A DNA stretch of 64,000 bases, from NCBI GenBank assembly GCA_963774265.1, contig CAVZDU010000009.1, positions 32,001-96,000 of the forward strand, read 5' to 3'. Made by a program: the position numbers and the translations under genes. The DNA is from an uncultured Chloroflexia bacterium. Lineage in GTDB: Bacteria; Chloroflexota; Anaerolineae; CG2-30-64-16. Below the pieces are notes generated by a model. It did no database searches, was not told where the DNA came from, and saw only the letters and a program-made list of their open reading frames with translations. This document shows positions 41,975 to 51,378 of the stretch, piece by piece; positions within the stretch are counted from its first letter, which is position 1; each line of letters begins with the position of its first letter.

Positions 41975-42306
41975 GCCGGCTGGGTCGTGCGGTTTCCGCT
42001 CCGCACCGGCACCGACTGCCTCAGGCTGCCCACTCGCTCCCAGCCCCATGGCACGCCCTTCTCAAGCACGACCTCCACTCTTTCGTCGTAGCGCCTGTTC
42101 TTGACCTCCACATTGACCTGGCGCGTCTGGCCGGCCCTGGCAGACTGCGGCGCGGCCAGTTTGGTGCTCGTCGCGAATCGTCCATCGGGAGTGGTGCAGG
42201 TCAGCATCACGGCGTACTCCCCATCAGCTAAGTAGCGGTGGCTGGGGTAGGCGCCCACGGTCGTCGTTCCATTCCCCAGGTCCCAGTCCTGCCGCACGAT
42301 TCCCAC
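41975..42306 (-). pseudogene. Fragment of a PKD-domain protein
   Basis: WDLGNGTTTVGAYPSHRYLADGEYAVMLT is PKD-like; no signal peptide or convincing start. Confidence 0.5.
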
Positions 42307-42321
42307 TCCGGCAGTCTCTTG

Positions 42322-43276
42322 CTAGAGTTCGCCGATGTGCCGTTCCCACATCCAGCGCGCGAGCGCCGCGCCGTCAGCCAGGATGCCATGCCGCCTGAAG
42401 TACTGGCACAGCCGGACCAGATCTCTCTCGAACAACGGGAATGCCGCCGGGTGTGCGAGCGGGTCGACCGACTGCGGAAAGTCGATGATCCGATAGTCCC
42501 CCTGCCAGTAGAGCACGTTGAACGCCGATAGATCCGCGTGCACCCGCCCGTGGCTCAACATCGTCTCCACGTCTGCCATCAGCGCATCGAAGAGCCGTTG
42601 CGCGTCGGCCCGTGCCAGGGTAACCCCTTGCAATGTAGGAGCCGGGTGCTTCAGGTCGCCGAAGTACTCCATCAGCACCGTGTTGTTCGCGAACGCGATG
42701 GGCTCCGGCACCTTCACTCCAGCCGCATATAACACCTGCAGCGACACGTATTCGTGCGCCAACCACGACACGTGTTCTATTTCCTTGCCCTTCCGCGTGC
42801 CCGCCTTGATCGCAACCAGCGCCCGGCGGTCGCGGACTGCCTGCCCGCGTGCGCCGAGCACCTCCCGGCCTTGTCGGTACAACGCATCGTTCCGCAGATT
42901 ACGAAACTGTCGCGGACGATAAACCTTGGCTGCGACCAGATCGCCTTGTGCGGCCCCGCCGCCACGGCAGCAGTACACGTTGGCTTCTTTCCCACCCTTG
43001 ACCTTGCGCAGCACGTCCGCGATCAAGCGGCGGTCGTAGAACGGTCCCAGGTAAGTCAAGATCCAGACGCGCTCGTATCGCGAGGAGCTGAACGTCGGGT
43101 TGAACGCGCTTGCCTGGGCTTCCGGGTCTTCCGCATGCGCGAGGTATCTCGTCTATCACGACGTGATCGGTCAACGATTCTGCCCGCGCCAGGTGGAGCT
43201 TGCCGGCTTTCGGCCTGTGGGTGCGATGCGGATCGAAATCCTCATCCAGCCAGTCGTCAATTCGATAACGAGCCAC
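42322..43276 (-). CDS. RIO1-family atypical kinase (frameshift near 43140)
   Basis: VKGGKEANVYCC, AAKVYRP, VHADLSAFNVLY, IIDFPQSVD; GTG start 43276 after GAGGT. Confidence 0.88.
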
Positions 43277-43297
43277 AGTAGCAACCTCATCAGAGTT

Positions 43298-43335
43298 AAA
43301 AAGGCGGCCGCAAGCTCTCATGCGCTTGCGGCCGC
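43298..43335 (-). terminator. Intrinsic terminator in the RIO kinase leader
   Basis: 12-bp stem GCGGCCGCAAGC/GCTTGCGGCCGC followed by CTTTTT on the minus strand, about 20 nt before the start codon. Confidence 0.75.
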
Positions 43336-43369
43336 GCGGTTTACGATGGTCTCGTCAGGACAAACTGAC

Positions 43370-43450
43370 CTACACCGCTGTTCCGGAGCGCGCACGAGGG
43401 CCCGTATTGGACGAAGCACCTGCCACTACATAGCCGGGTATGGTCACCAT
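43370..43450 (-). CDS. Putative 26-aa leader peptide MVTIPGYVVAGASSNTGPRARSGTAV
   Basis: AGGAGAGGAGG upstream (12-nt spacing); lies between the promoter and the terminator. Confidence 0.4.
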   Translation of the reverse strand: MVTIPGYVVAGASSNTGPRARSGTAV

Positions 43451-43495
43451 AGGCTTCGTGCGCCTCCTCTCCTGGATGAATGACTTTCGGTCGAT

Positions 43496-43524
43496 ACAGT
43501 ATCACACGTGGTGTGACCTGTCAA
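43496..43524 (-). promoter_or_regulatory. Putative promoter of the RIO kinase leader
   Basis: TTGACA-17 nt-TACTGT with a TG extension. Confidence 0.55.
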
Positions 43525-43573
43525 GGAAAAACTGCCGGCGGTCTGGACGCGGTATTCCCATTGGGTTTCAACG

Positions 43574-43843
43574 CTACACCTCGTCATGGCTGCCGACATC
43601 GAGCAGGATGATCTCTTTCTCCGTGACCTGCAGCGTGAAGGTGATGCGATAGTTGTAGGTTACGCTGACCGCCGGGATGCCCTTGAGGTTGCCGCCAAAC
43701 AGATGATATTTCAGGTGCGGCTGAAAGGGATCCTCCTCCAGGTCGCGCAAGACCGCAACGAAACGCTCCTGGAGCTCCGGATGCTGCTGCACGAACTTCT
43801 TGGCTGCGCGAACGAACGCGGCTGTCCAAACAACTTCATACAT
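43574..43843 (-). CDS. RelE/YafQ-family toxin (mRNA interferase)
   Basis: 89 aa; LEEDPFQPHLKYH..G.LKG..VSVTYNYRI..LLDVGSHDEV. Confidence 0.8.
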   Translation of the reverse strand: MYEVVWTAAFVRAAKKFVQQHPELQERFVAVLRDLEEDPFQPHLKYHLFGGNLKGIPAVSVTYNYRITFTLQVTEKEIILLDVGSHDEV

Positions 43844-43846
43844 GCA

Positions 43847-44117
43847 TCACTCCGCCAGATTCAGTTCGCGCAACAGGTCCTCCACGGTGCCTCGCTTCAC
43901 CCTCCCCGCCTTCAGGTCTTCAAGAGAGGCCAGTACCGCGCGCTTCGTAGGCCTCTTCCTGCACCTCGAGCAACTGCTGATAACGTTCCTGGGACAAGAC
44001 AACGTACTGCGGCCGGTTATCGCGGATGATGTGTACATCGCCCTTGGCGAGCAGCTCGTCCACCGCGCCGATCCCGCGACGCTTGATCTCTTGAGCTGGT
44101 ATGGTGTTGATGGCCAC
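43847..44117 (-). CDS. Phd/YefM-family antitoxin (frameshift near 43945)
   Basis: MAINTIPAQEIKRRG..VHIIRDNRPQYVVLS..ASLEDLKAGRV; directly upstream of the toxin. Confidence 0.75.
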
Positions 44118-44141
44118 ACGTTCCTCCTGGTACTGATTTGG

Positions 44142-44190
44142 GTACTGAAAAGATGCTATTTTTAGTACCACATTTCGTGCTGTCTGTCAA
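44142..44190 (-). promoter_or_regulatory. TA operon promoter with overlapping inverted-repeat operator
   Basis: TTGACA-17 nt-TACTAA; imperfect inverted repeat GGTACTGAAAA...TTTTTAGTACC across the -10/+1 region. Confidence 0.65.
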
Positions 44191-44202
44191 GCCAGAAAAC
44201 CA

Positions 44203-44392
44203 TCAGTAGGCTCGGGCGGCGCGTTCCATGTAGGTGTAGTCTTCGTCGACCGCGGTGACCCGAAAGTCGAGCTTCTCATAGAAGCTTCTCGCCGGGTTCA
44301 CCATACGAGCGCATGGTGCGGTCAATCACATCGTAAAAGAGCTGTGCGTCGTCGGCCGTGGACGGACGGAGTGTGATGGGCAGCGACATCAT
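44203..44392 (-). pseudogene. GNAT acetyltransferase remnant (internal deletion)
   Basis: The N-terminus ITLRPSTADDAQLFY..TMRSY is joined out of frame to the C-terminus VNPARSFYEKLDF; the acetyl-CoA motif A region is missing. Confidence 0.6.
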
Positions 44393-44470
44393 GGATGCAC
44401 TTTCCTCGCCCCCGGCTAGCCGTCGTCGGTCGCTTCGGCCGCGGCTGCAGCCGCGGCCCCGTACGCCCCC

Positions 44471-44683
44471 TCAAGCGGGCAGAGACCGCTCCCGCCGCGC
44501 GGACCGGCTGAGCGGACGCTTGGCCACCAGTGTGACCTTGCCGCTGTTCTCAGGCGGGAAGGCGCTCACCAGCTCCCACCCCTCTTCGCCCCACTCGTTC
44601 AAGATCGCATCGACCACCTCATCCTTGGTGTTGAAGAAGCTGCCGACGGTCTGGACGCGGTACTCCCATTGGGTTTCTGCCAT
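44471..44683 (-). CDS. DUF4177-like small protein
   Basis: QWEYRV...LNEWGEEGWELVS..KRP. Confidence 0.75.
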   Translation of the reverse strand: MAETQWEYRVQTVGSFFNTKDEVVDAILNEWGEEGWELVSAFPPENSGKVTLVAKRPLSRSARRERSLPA

Positions 44684-44715
44684 ACGGCCTCCTCACCCGC
44701 CGATCAGGCGTCGGG

Positions 44716-45652
44716 TTACGATGACCCCTTCCCTGTCTGCTGCGCCAGCGCCACCAGCCCCGGCATCGCGCCCAGGTTCATGCTGTCCACCGCGCTGCTG
44801 GGAACGATCACCATCGCGCCGCGCTCCTTCAAGCCCTCGAAGAGCATGTTCATCGCCCGCAGGTGCAACGCGGTGGGGTTGTTCACATACGCTTCGGCCG
44901 CCTCAGCGAAGCTGGACGCAATCTGCTTCTCAGACTCGCCCAGGATCACGCGCGCCTGGCGCTCGCGCTCGGCTTGCGCCTGCCGGCTCATCGCGTTTTC
45001 CAGATCCGCCGGGATCACCACGTCGCGGATCTCGACCGACTGCACCGTGATGCCCCACGGCGTGGTGCGCTCGTCGATGATCTTCTGAAGCTGGGCATCC
45101 ATCGTCGCGCGGCCCACCAGGATGTCGGCCAGGGACATCTGGCCGATGACCTCGCGCAGCGCGGTCTGGGCGGCCCACGCGATCGCCGTGCGGTAGTCCT
45201 GCACCTCGAGCGCGGCCTTCTGCGCATCCCACACCATCCAGAAAAGCACCGCGTCCACGTCCGTCGGCACGGTGTCCCGGGTCAGCGTCTTCTCTGCGTT
45301 GAACGGCGTCACCATTACCCGATGGTCGATCCACGATGAGGCCGTATCCACGATCGGGATGATCCAGAACAGGCCCGGCCCGCGCAGCCCATGGAACTTG
45401 CCCATCCGCAGGATCGACGGCCTTCTCCCACTGGCGGGCAATTTGCAGAGCGAACAGAAAATACACGCCGATCAGTATCAGCACGGTGACCGCGGCGGCA
45501 GTGATGCCGGCACTGACAGCCTGGCCGTCCAACCACACGGCCAGCCCGACGGCCGCGGCGATCCATAGGATGAAGATCACCAACGCAACGGCGTTCGGCC
45601 CGCGGCCCGCAGCCCGCGGCTCCAGGTTCTGTTTTTGCCATTTGGTAGCCAT
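44716..45652 (-). CDS. SPFH/band 7 (slipin/stomatin-like) membrane protein (frameshift near 45418)
   Basis: QWEKAV..GPGLFWIIP, AQTALREVIG, AMSRQAQAERERQARVI. Confidence 0.88.
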
Positions 45653-45672
45653 ACTTTCCTTCCTTTGTCGGG

Positions 45673-46089
45673 TTATGTCCCTTGCCCCTTTTCGCGGTCG
45701 TCCGTTTGGCGCGTCCAATCGCCAAATGCTGCCGTCCAGGCCGCGGCCACTTCAACCGGATCGTAACCCAGACGCTCGGCCTCGGCCAGCCACCCGGCCA
45801 TCAGCTGCACCAGGCGCGCCTCCCACGGTGCGCCTGGTTCGCCAGGCGGCGACAGCTCCACCACGAAGGTGCCGCGGCCCTGCTGCGTCGAGATGATCCG
45901 ATCTTCGTGCAGCAGGCGATAAGCCCGCGCGACGGTGTTGAAGTTGATCCGCAGCTCGGCCGCGACCTCACGCACGGTAGGGAGCTGCTCGCCCGGCGCC
46001 AACACGCCCGCGGCCACCTGCCCGCGCACCTGCTCCACGATCTGGCTGTAGATGGGAACCTTGCTCTGAAAATCCAGGCTAAGTTGCAT
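45673..46089 (-). CDS. GntR family transcriptional regulator (YtrA-like)
   Basis: PIYSQI..GEQLPTVREVA..INFNTVARAYRLL..GRGTFV; 138 aa. Confidence 0.9.
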   Translation of the reverse strand: MQLSLDFQSKVPIYSQIVEQVRGQVAAGVLAPGEQLPTVREVAAELRINFNTVARAYRLLHEDRIISTQQGRGTFVVELSPPGEPGAPWEARLVQLMAGWLAEAERLGYDPVEVAAAWTAAFGDWTRQTDDREKGQGT

Positions 46090-46102
46090 TGGCCCATCTC
46101 AT

Positions 46103-46155
46103 TGAATGAATTGTATCAATGAATGAATTGTATCATGTGTTTGGGGATTTGTCAA
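46103..46155 (-). promoter_or_regulatory. GntR operon promoter with tandem direct-repeat operator
   Basis: TTGACA-17 nt-TACAAT; TGAATGAATTGTATCA occurs at 46103-46118 and 46120-46135. Confidence 0.75.
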
Positions 46156-46183
46156 GAGGAAAAATGCAGGGGAGGCCAGTCTC

Positions 46184-46381
46184 CTACAACCCTGCAAACT
46201 GGGTCGCGATGCGCTCGAGGGCTTCCTGCAGCACCGCGTCCGCGGTGAACATGGCAATCGTGTCATCATCGATGGTGTCGGCACCGAGCATCCCCGCGAG
46301 CAGCGGGCTAACGGCCCATTTCACGCTGTAGCTGTATTCTGCATGGCGGCGATCGATGATTTCGTCGAAATCGTAGTGCAT
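46184..46381 (-). pseudogene. MalY/PatB-type PLP C-S lyase remnant (in-frame internal deletion)
   Basis: The N-terminal YDFDEIIDRR..SVKW..IAMFTAD is fused directly to the C-terminal VLQEALERI; only 65 aa. Confidence 0.65.
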
Positions 46382-46582
46382 CGTGATCCCCTTTCATCTG
46401 TCGTGCTGAGTGTAGCACAGGGAAATGAGTGACTCCAACCCGTTTCGGATCGCAGTTTTGGAGACCCGCCTACAGACCTCGCGTTGACTATTGATGCTTT
46501 AGTATTATATTAGTTTTATTATTGTACCGTTGTCAGATTAGCCAGCGACGACTGCGATACAGGATGGAAGGCATACGCCACA

Positions 46583-47995
46583 ATGACGCAGGGTTTCGAA
46601 ACCAGGCTTGACCCGAAGGCCTTCGATGAGCTTCGGGCACACGTGCGGGGTCCGCTCCTGCTCCCGGGCAATCCCGCCTACGATGAGTCACGCTCCATCT
46701 GGAATGCTATGATAGACCGGCGTCCGGCGCTCATCTTGCGCTGCGCCGGCGTTGCCGACGTCGTGGCGGGCGTGAACTTCACGCGCGAGCGTGGCCTCAG
46801 CCTGTCCATCAAAGGCGGCGGCCACAATATCTCCGGGCTAGCCGTAAGCGACGGAGGACTGATGCTCGACATGTCGCTCATGCGCGGCGTGTGGGTGGAT
46901 CCGGTCAGGCGTGTCGCTCGCGCCCAGGCCGGCTGCCTTCTGGGCGACCTGGATCGCGAGACCCAGGTCCACGGGCTTGCCGCTGTGCTGGGCTTCGTCT
47001 CCAACACGGGCATCGCGGGGCTCACGCTGGGCGGCGGGTTTGGTTACCTCACGCGCGGGTTCGGCTGGACGTGCGATAATCTTGAGTCAGTCGAGCTGGT
47101 CACGGCTGACGGGCGCCTGGTGACCGCGAGCGAGATAGAGAACAGCGACCTGTTTTGGGGCTTGCGCGGAGGCGGCGGCAATTTCGGGGTAGTAACGAGC
47201 TTTGAGTACAAGCTATACCCCGTCGGACCTGAGGTGATGGGCGGCTTAATCGCCTGGCATGCCGAGGATGCCCCTGACGTGCTTGAGATGGTCCGCACCT
47301 TCACCGAGCAGGCGCCGCCCGAACTGACCTGCGCTGCGATCCTGCGGATGGCACCGCCGGCACCCTGGCTGCCAAGAGAGATCCACGGCAAACCTATCGT
47401 CGCGCTGGTCGTTTGCCATTCGGGATCTCTTGAGACGGCAGCGAAGCAGGTGGCGCCGATGAAGGCCTTCGGCTCGCCGCTGGGCGACATCATCCAGCGG
47501 CGGTCCTACGTGTCGCAACAGAGCATCCTTGATGCAACCCAGCCGGCGGGTCGGCGCTACTACTGGAAGTCAGAGTACCTGCCGAGGCTCGAGCCCGAGA
47601 TGTTGAGCCAGGCCATCCAGCATGCCGGGCGCATCGTATCACCCCACTCGGCAATCGTCCTCTTCCCCATCGACGGACCGCTGAACCGGCTCCCTGCAGA
47701 CCACTCTCCGGCGGGCAACCGTGACGCGGTCAGCGTGCTCAACATCACTGCATCCTGGGAGCGGGCCGAGGACGACAGACCAAATATCCAATGGGCGCGT
47801 GCCGCATGGCAAGACATGCGCCGTTTCTCTACGGGTGGCACCTACGTGAATTTCCTGACGGAGGAAGAAGGGGTCGAACGTATTCGCGCCGCCTATGGAG
47901 GGAACTATGACCGGCTTGTCGAGGTCAAGGCAAGGTGGGATCCGGGGAACCTGTTCCGGATGAACAAAAACATTCCTACGACCTCATCAGGGTAG
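46583..47995 (+). CDS. FAD-linked oxidoreductase (VAO/PCMH family, berberine-bridge-like)
   Basis: IKGGGHNISG, GIAGLTLGGGFG, LRGGGGNFGVVT, YVNF, KARWDPGNLFRMN. Confidence 0.9.
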   Translation: MTQGFETRLDPKAFDELRAHVRGPLLLPGNPAYDESRSIWNAMIDRRPALILRCAGVADVVAGVNFTRERGLSLSIKGGGHNISGLAVSDGGLMLDMSLMRGVWVDPVRRVARAQAGCLLGDLDRETQVHGLAAVLGFVSNTGIAGLTLGGGFGYLTRGFGWTCDNLESVELVTADGRLVTASEIENSDLFWGLRGGGGNFGVVTSFEYKLYPVGPEVMGGLIAWHAEDAPDVLEMVRTFTEQAPPELTCAAILRMAPPAPWLPREIHGKPIVALVVCHSGSLETAAKQVAPMKAFGSPLGDIIQRRSYVSQQSILDATQPAGRRYYWKSEYLPRLEPEMLSQAIQHAGRIVSPHSAIVLFPIDGPLNRLPADHSPAGNRDAVSVLNITASWERAEDDRPNIQWARAAWQDMRRFSTGGTYVNFLTEEEGVERIRAAYGGNYDRLVEVKARWDPGNLFRMNKNIPTTSSG

Positions 47996-48061
47996 ACCGC
48001 AAAGCCGAACACCACGTCATTCGCCGAACGGGCTGCTGCATCACTTCTGCCGCGGGGCGGA

Positions 48062-48986
48062 TCAGCCAGCCCGTTCGGCCAGGTACACGCACCACTCCGG
48101 CGCATCCTTGAGCGCGAGACCGTCCCACGCAGGATGCACGGTCATCTTCCCGAAACCCGCCTCGGCCAGCATCTCCCCGATCATCTCGACGGTGTACGCC
48201 TGGTCGGACAGTCCGTAGGACCTCATCTCGCCGGTCTCCAGGTTGAACACGTGGAACCGCTCGATGATGGCGCGCAGCTCGGGATCCCACGTGCGCTCGC
48301 CGAGGTGCAAGAACGGGAAATCGCCCCACAGGCCGCCCTGGTCGGTGTACCACCACGTGCTGTTCTGCTTATCGACTCGCGCGTCATCCAGGATCTCCAG
48401 CAGGAGCCTGGCGCCGGGCCGCAGGCCGGCGTGAATGCGCCGCAGCACGTCCAGCGATTCGTCCGGGCCGGAGCACGGTGAACTGGCCGTAGAGGTAGAT
48501 GGCCGCATCGAACCCGCGCCCCGAGAAATCCATCTGCCGCACATCGCCCTGGTGGATCTCGACGGGCAAGCCCGCGCACAACTCGCGCGCGTAGCGGACG
48601 GAGGCCGGACCGAAGTCGATGCCGGTGACCGCGACGCCCCGCCGCGCAAACTCAGCCGCATACAACCCCGGCCCACACGTTATATCGAATAGCCGGCTTC
48701 CCTCGCCCAGGGCCAGCCAGTCCGTCATGATCTGCACCAGGGCGCGCACCTCCGGCAGGCGGCGCGTGGCTGCGCCGTGGCTCTGGTCCAGGTGCTCGGC
48801 CAGCATGCGCTCGCTGAACTCCGGCTCATCCCACGGCAGGTTCCCCCCATCCCGCCAGGGGACGGGGGGTTGGGGTCGATCGTAAAGGGATTGCAGCGCC
48901 GCGGCAAGTCGTTCCGCGGCAGAAGGGGTATAAGACCTTCGAGGACTAGCGGTCCTCGAAGGTCGGTCAGTCGTTGCAGGAGGCAC
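48062..48986 (-). CDS. Class I SAM-dependent methyltransferase (frameshift near 48470)
   Basis: LFDITCGPGLY, VTGIDFG, QGDVRQM; the GTG start overlaps the upstream TAG. Confidence 0.8.
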
Positions 48987-50147
48987 TAGCGCTCCGGCTC
49001 GGCGGCCGGCGCGTCCGGATCCAGTACAGGCGGCGCCGGCTCGGGATCTGGCTCCGGCACGAACGGAGCTAAGTCGGGCTCCGCCTCTGGCACGAAGGGC
49101 GCCAGGTCCGGGATCTGCCTCCGGGACAAGAGGCGCCGGGTCCGGGCTCGGCTCCGGCACGATGGGCTCCGGCTCGGGTGCAGGCGGCAACGTGGGCCGG
49201 GTCACCTGCCGGTAGGCCAGCGTCCATGCGCTGGATGTGAAGACCTTGTACAGCCCACCGATCAGGCTCAGCGGGATGAGCATGATGATCAGGAAGATGG
49301 GCAGTCCCACCGCAACCGCCCACGGCACGGATCGGGTCGCCTCGTGGACTACATATCCCAGACCACCCCCCAGCCCGGCGGACAGCGCGATAACGGCCAG
49401 CACGATGGGGATCATTAGCAGGCCGAACCCGATGCCGATGCCCAGCATCACCAACCACATGCCGCCGATGTCGCGAACGCGGCTGCGCACGAGCGCGTAG
49501 CCCGAGCTCAGCGCATCTCCGATGCCCCTGTCCGCCAGCAGCACCTCCCGGGACCAGAACTCCTGGAGCACAGACAGGATGATCGCCACGACAATGAGCA
49601 CCAGGAGAACCAGCAGGCCGAGCATGACGGTCAGCACAATGCCGACGACGCGGCCGCCGTCGGTGTTGGTGAGCAGAAGCAACAGCGGCGCGGCTGCCAG
49701 CAGGAGCAACACGAGCGCGCCAAGCCCGACGATGATCCCGACGATCAGCTCGAGCAGCCACAAGCGAAAAGTGCGATGGGTCCAGCCCAGCCGCAGGGCT
49801 TCCCGCCACGTGGGCGCGGCCCCCGTCTCCTCGATCTGGTCGACGCTGCGGATCAGGGCCGCGCGCGACACGAACTGGACGATGGCGGACGCGATCACAA
49901 CAAGGAAAAGCAGGCAGCAGCACAAGGCCACAATCCCCACCAGCCTCTCCGGCCGCAGAACGTCCCTAAGCCAGGGCATGTTCTGGAATTGCGGGCGATT
50001 GAAGTCGTTCCCGTTGAATCTGTAGCCGCTCCCGCCGCCTCCCCCGCCCCCTCCGCTGGTGAGCGCGATCAAGATGCCGAAGAGCCACAGCACCTTGTAG
50101 CGCCACACGATCGTCCACGCACGCTTGACAATGGCAATCTGATCCAT
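48986..50147 (-). CDS. Hypothetical polytopic membrane protein with Pro/Glu-rich repetitive tail (frameshift near 49105)
   Basis: KRAWTIVWRYKVLWLFG, multiple TM helices, WTLAY, PEPDP-type repeats; stop TAG at 48986-48988. Confidence 0.7.
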
Positions 50148-50214
50148 GATCCCTCCTAAACGGTGATATCTCTCACAAACTACTACGCAGAACCGGGGTC
50201 GCTGGTTTCGGCCG

Positions 50215-51378
50215 CTAGAGCAGTGCGGTGTACCGCACCATCACCTGGGCAAACAGCGGCGAAGACGATGCGATGCCGGTGACTTCGGACGCGACCTTCT
50301 CGATGCCGTCCGCACTGATGCGCGCCTGGAGCGCTTGCGCGACAGGGTCGTCAGGGTGCGCGAACCGCAATCCGGCCGCGATGCCGGTGACGAGGTGGAC
50401 GGGCGTGACGCCCTGCGCCAGCGCGTTGACGGCCGCGCCGGCCAGCCGGTCGCCCGGACTGAGCTTGCGCAACGGGTCGCGGCCGAGGCGCAGGATCGTA
50501 TCGCCCAGCGCCCGGTTGCCGAACCGGTGCAACAGGTCGTCGATGTTGGCGAGCAGCGCGCCCTGGGGCGGTCGGAATTTGCGCGTCAGGGCCAGCGCAG
50601 ATTCTTCCATCGCGCCCCGCGCCTGGAAGTAGATCTCGTCATCCGCGAGCGCCTCATAACCGTACTCGAGACCCCTCAGATAACCGAGATAGCCGAGGGT
50701 GGCATGGCCCGCGTTGTGGATGTACAGCTTGCGCTCGGTGAAGAAGGCGAAGGGAGCATACGGAATCATGCCGGCGATGGTCGGAATAGGCCCGACGAAT
50801 GCATCCCGGTCGACCGGCAGCTCCTTGTATGGCTCGACGAGGATCAGGCTGGGGTCTTCGGCGCGCAGCTCAGGCGTGAGCGGCGGCACCATGCGCGCAA
50901 TGACCGTGTCGACGAATCCGATGTGCCCGGCCACGAACGCGTGTAGCGCCTGGGGCAGGTGCGACAGCACCATGCCGCGAAAGATTTGGGCCGCGCCGTG
51001 GAGATTCTCACACAGGATCAGGTTGAAAGGTTCGTGGTTGCCGATCTCCGCGCGGCGGCTGATGCCCCGCGCCACCACGGGCGCGATATGCTTCAAGACG
51101 CCTGCGCCAACGGCCGTCGCGCCGACTTCGGCGCGGGCCAGTACGTCGGCCACCGCGTCGACCTCGCCGCTGTGCAGCGCGGTCACCGGCCCGACCTGCA
51201 CCTCTTCCGTCCGCTCGTTGGTGACCAGGCGGATGGTGTAGCTTCGCCGTGCGTTGAGCGCGTCGAGCAACGTCCGGTCCACGTCAGCAAAGGTGACCGC
51301 GTAACCCGACTCGCTGAAGAGCTGGCCCATAAACCCGCGGCCGATATTGCCCGCGCCGAAAATGATTGCCTGTTTCAT
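50215..51378 (-). CDS. mtlD: Mannitol-1-phosphate 5-dehydrogenase family
   Basis: IFGAGNIGRGFMG, ILCENL, VEPY, ERKLYIHNAGHA, RDPLRKL..DRL. Confidence 0.85.
   Translation of the reverse strand: MKQAIIFGAGNIGRGFMGQLFSESGYAVTFADVDRTLLDALNARRSYTIRLVTNERTEEVQVGPVTALHSGEVDAVADVLARAEVGATAVGAGVLKHIAPVVARGISRRAEIGNHEPFNLILCENLHGAAQIFRGMVLSHLPQALHAFVAGHIGFVDTVIARMVPPLTPELRAEDPSLILVEPYKELPVDRDAFVGPIPTIAGMIPYAPFAFFTERKLYIHNAGHATLGYLGYLRGLEYGYEALADDEIYFQARGAMEESALALTRKFRPPQGALLANIDDLLHRFGNRALGDTILRLGRDPLRKLSPGDRLAGAAVNALAQGVTPVHLVTGIAAGLRFAHPDDPVAQALQARISADGIEKVASEVTGIASSSPLFAQVMVRYTALL

Noticed and set aside
48384-50147. Apparent membrane protein-methyltransferase fusion (587 aa)
   Set aside because: The Pro/Glu repeat tail continues in another frame to TAG 48986-48988, overlapping a GTG start; the fusion is a frameshift artefact.
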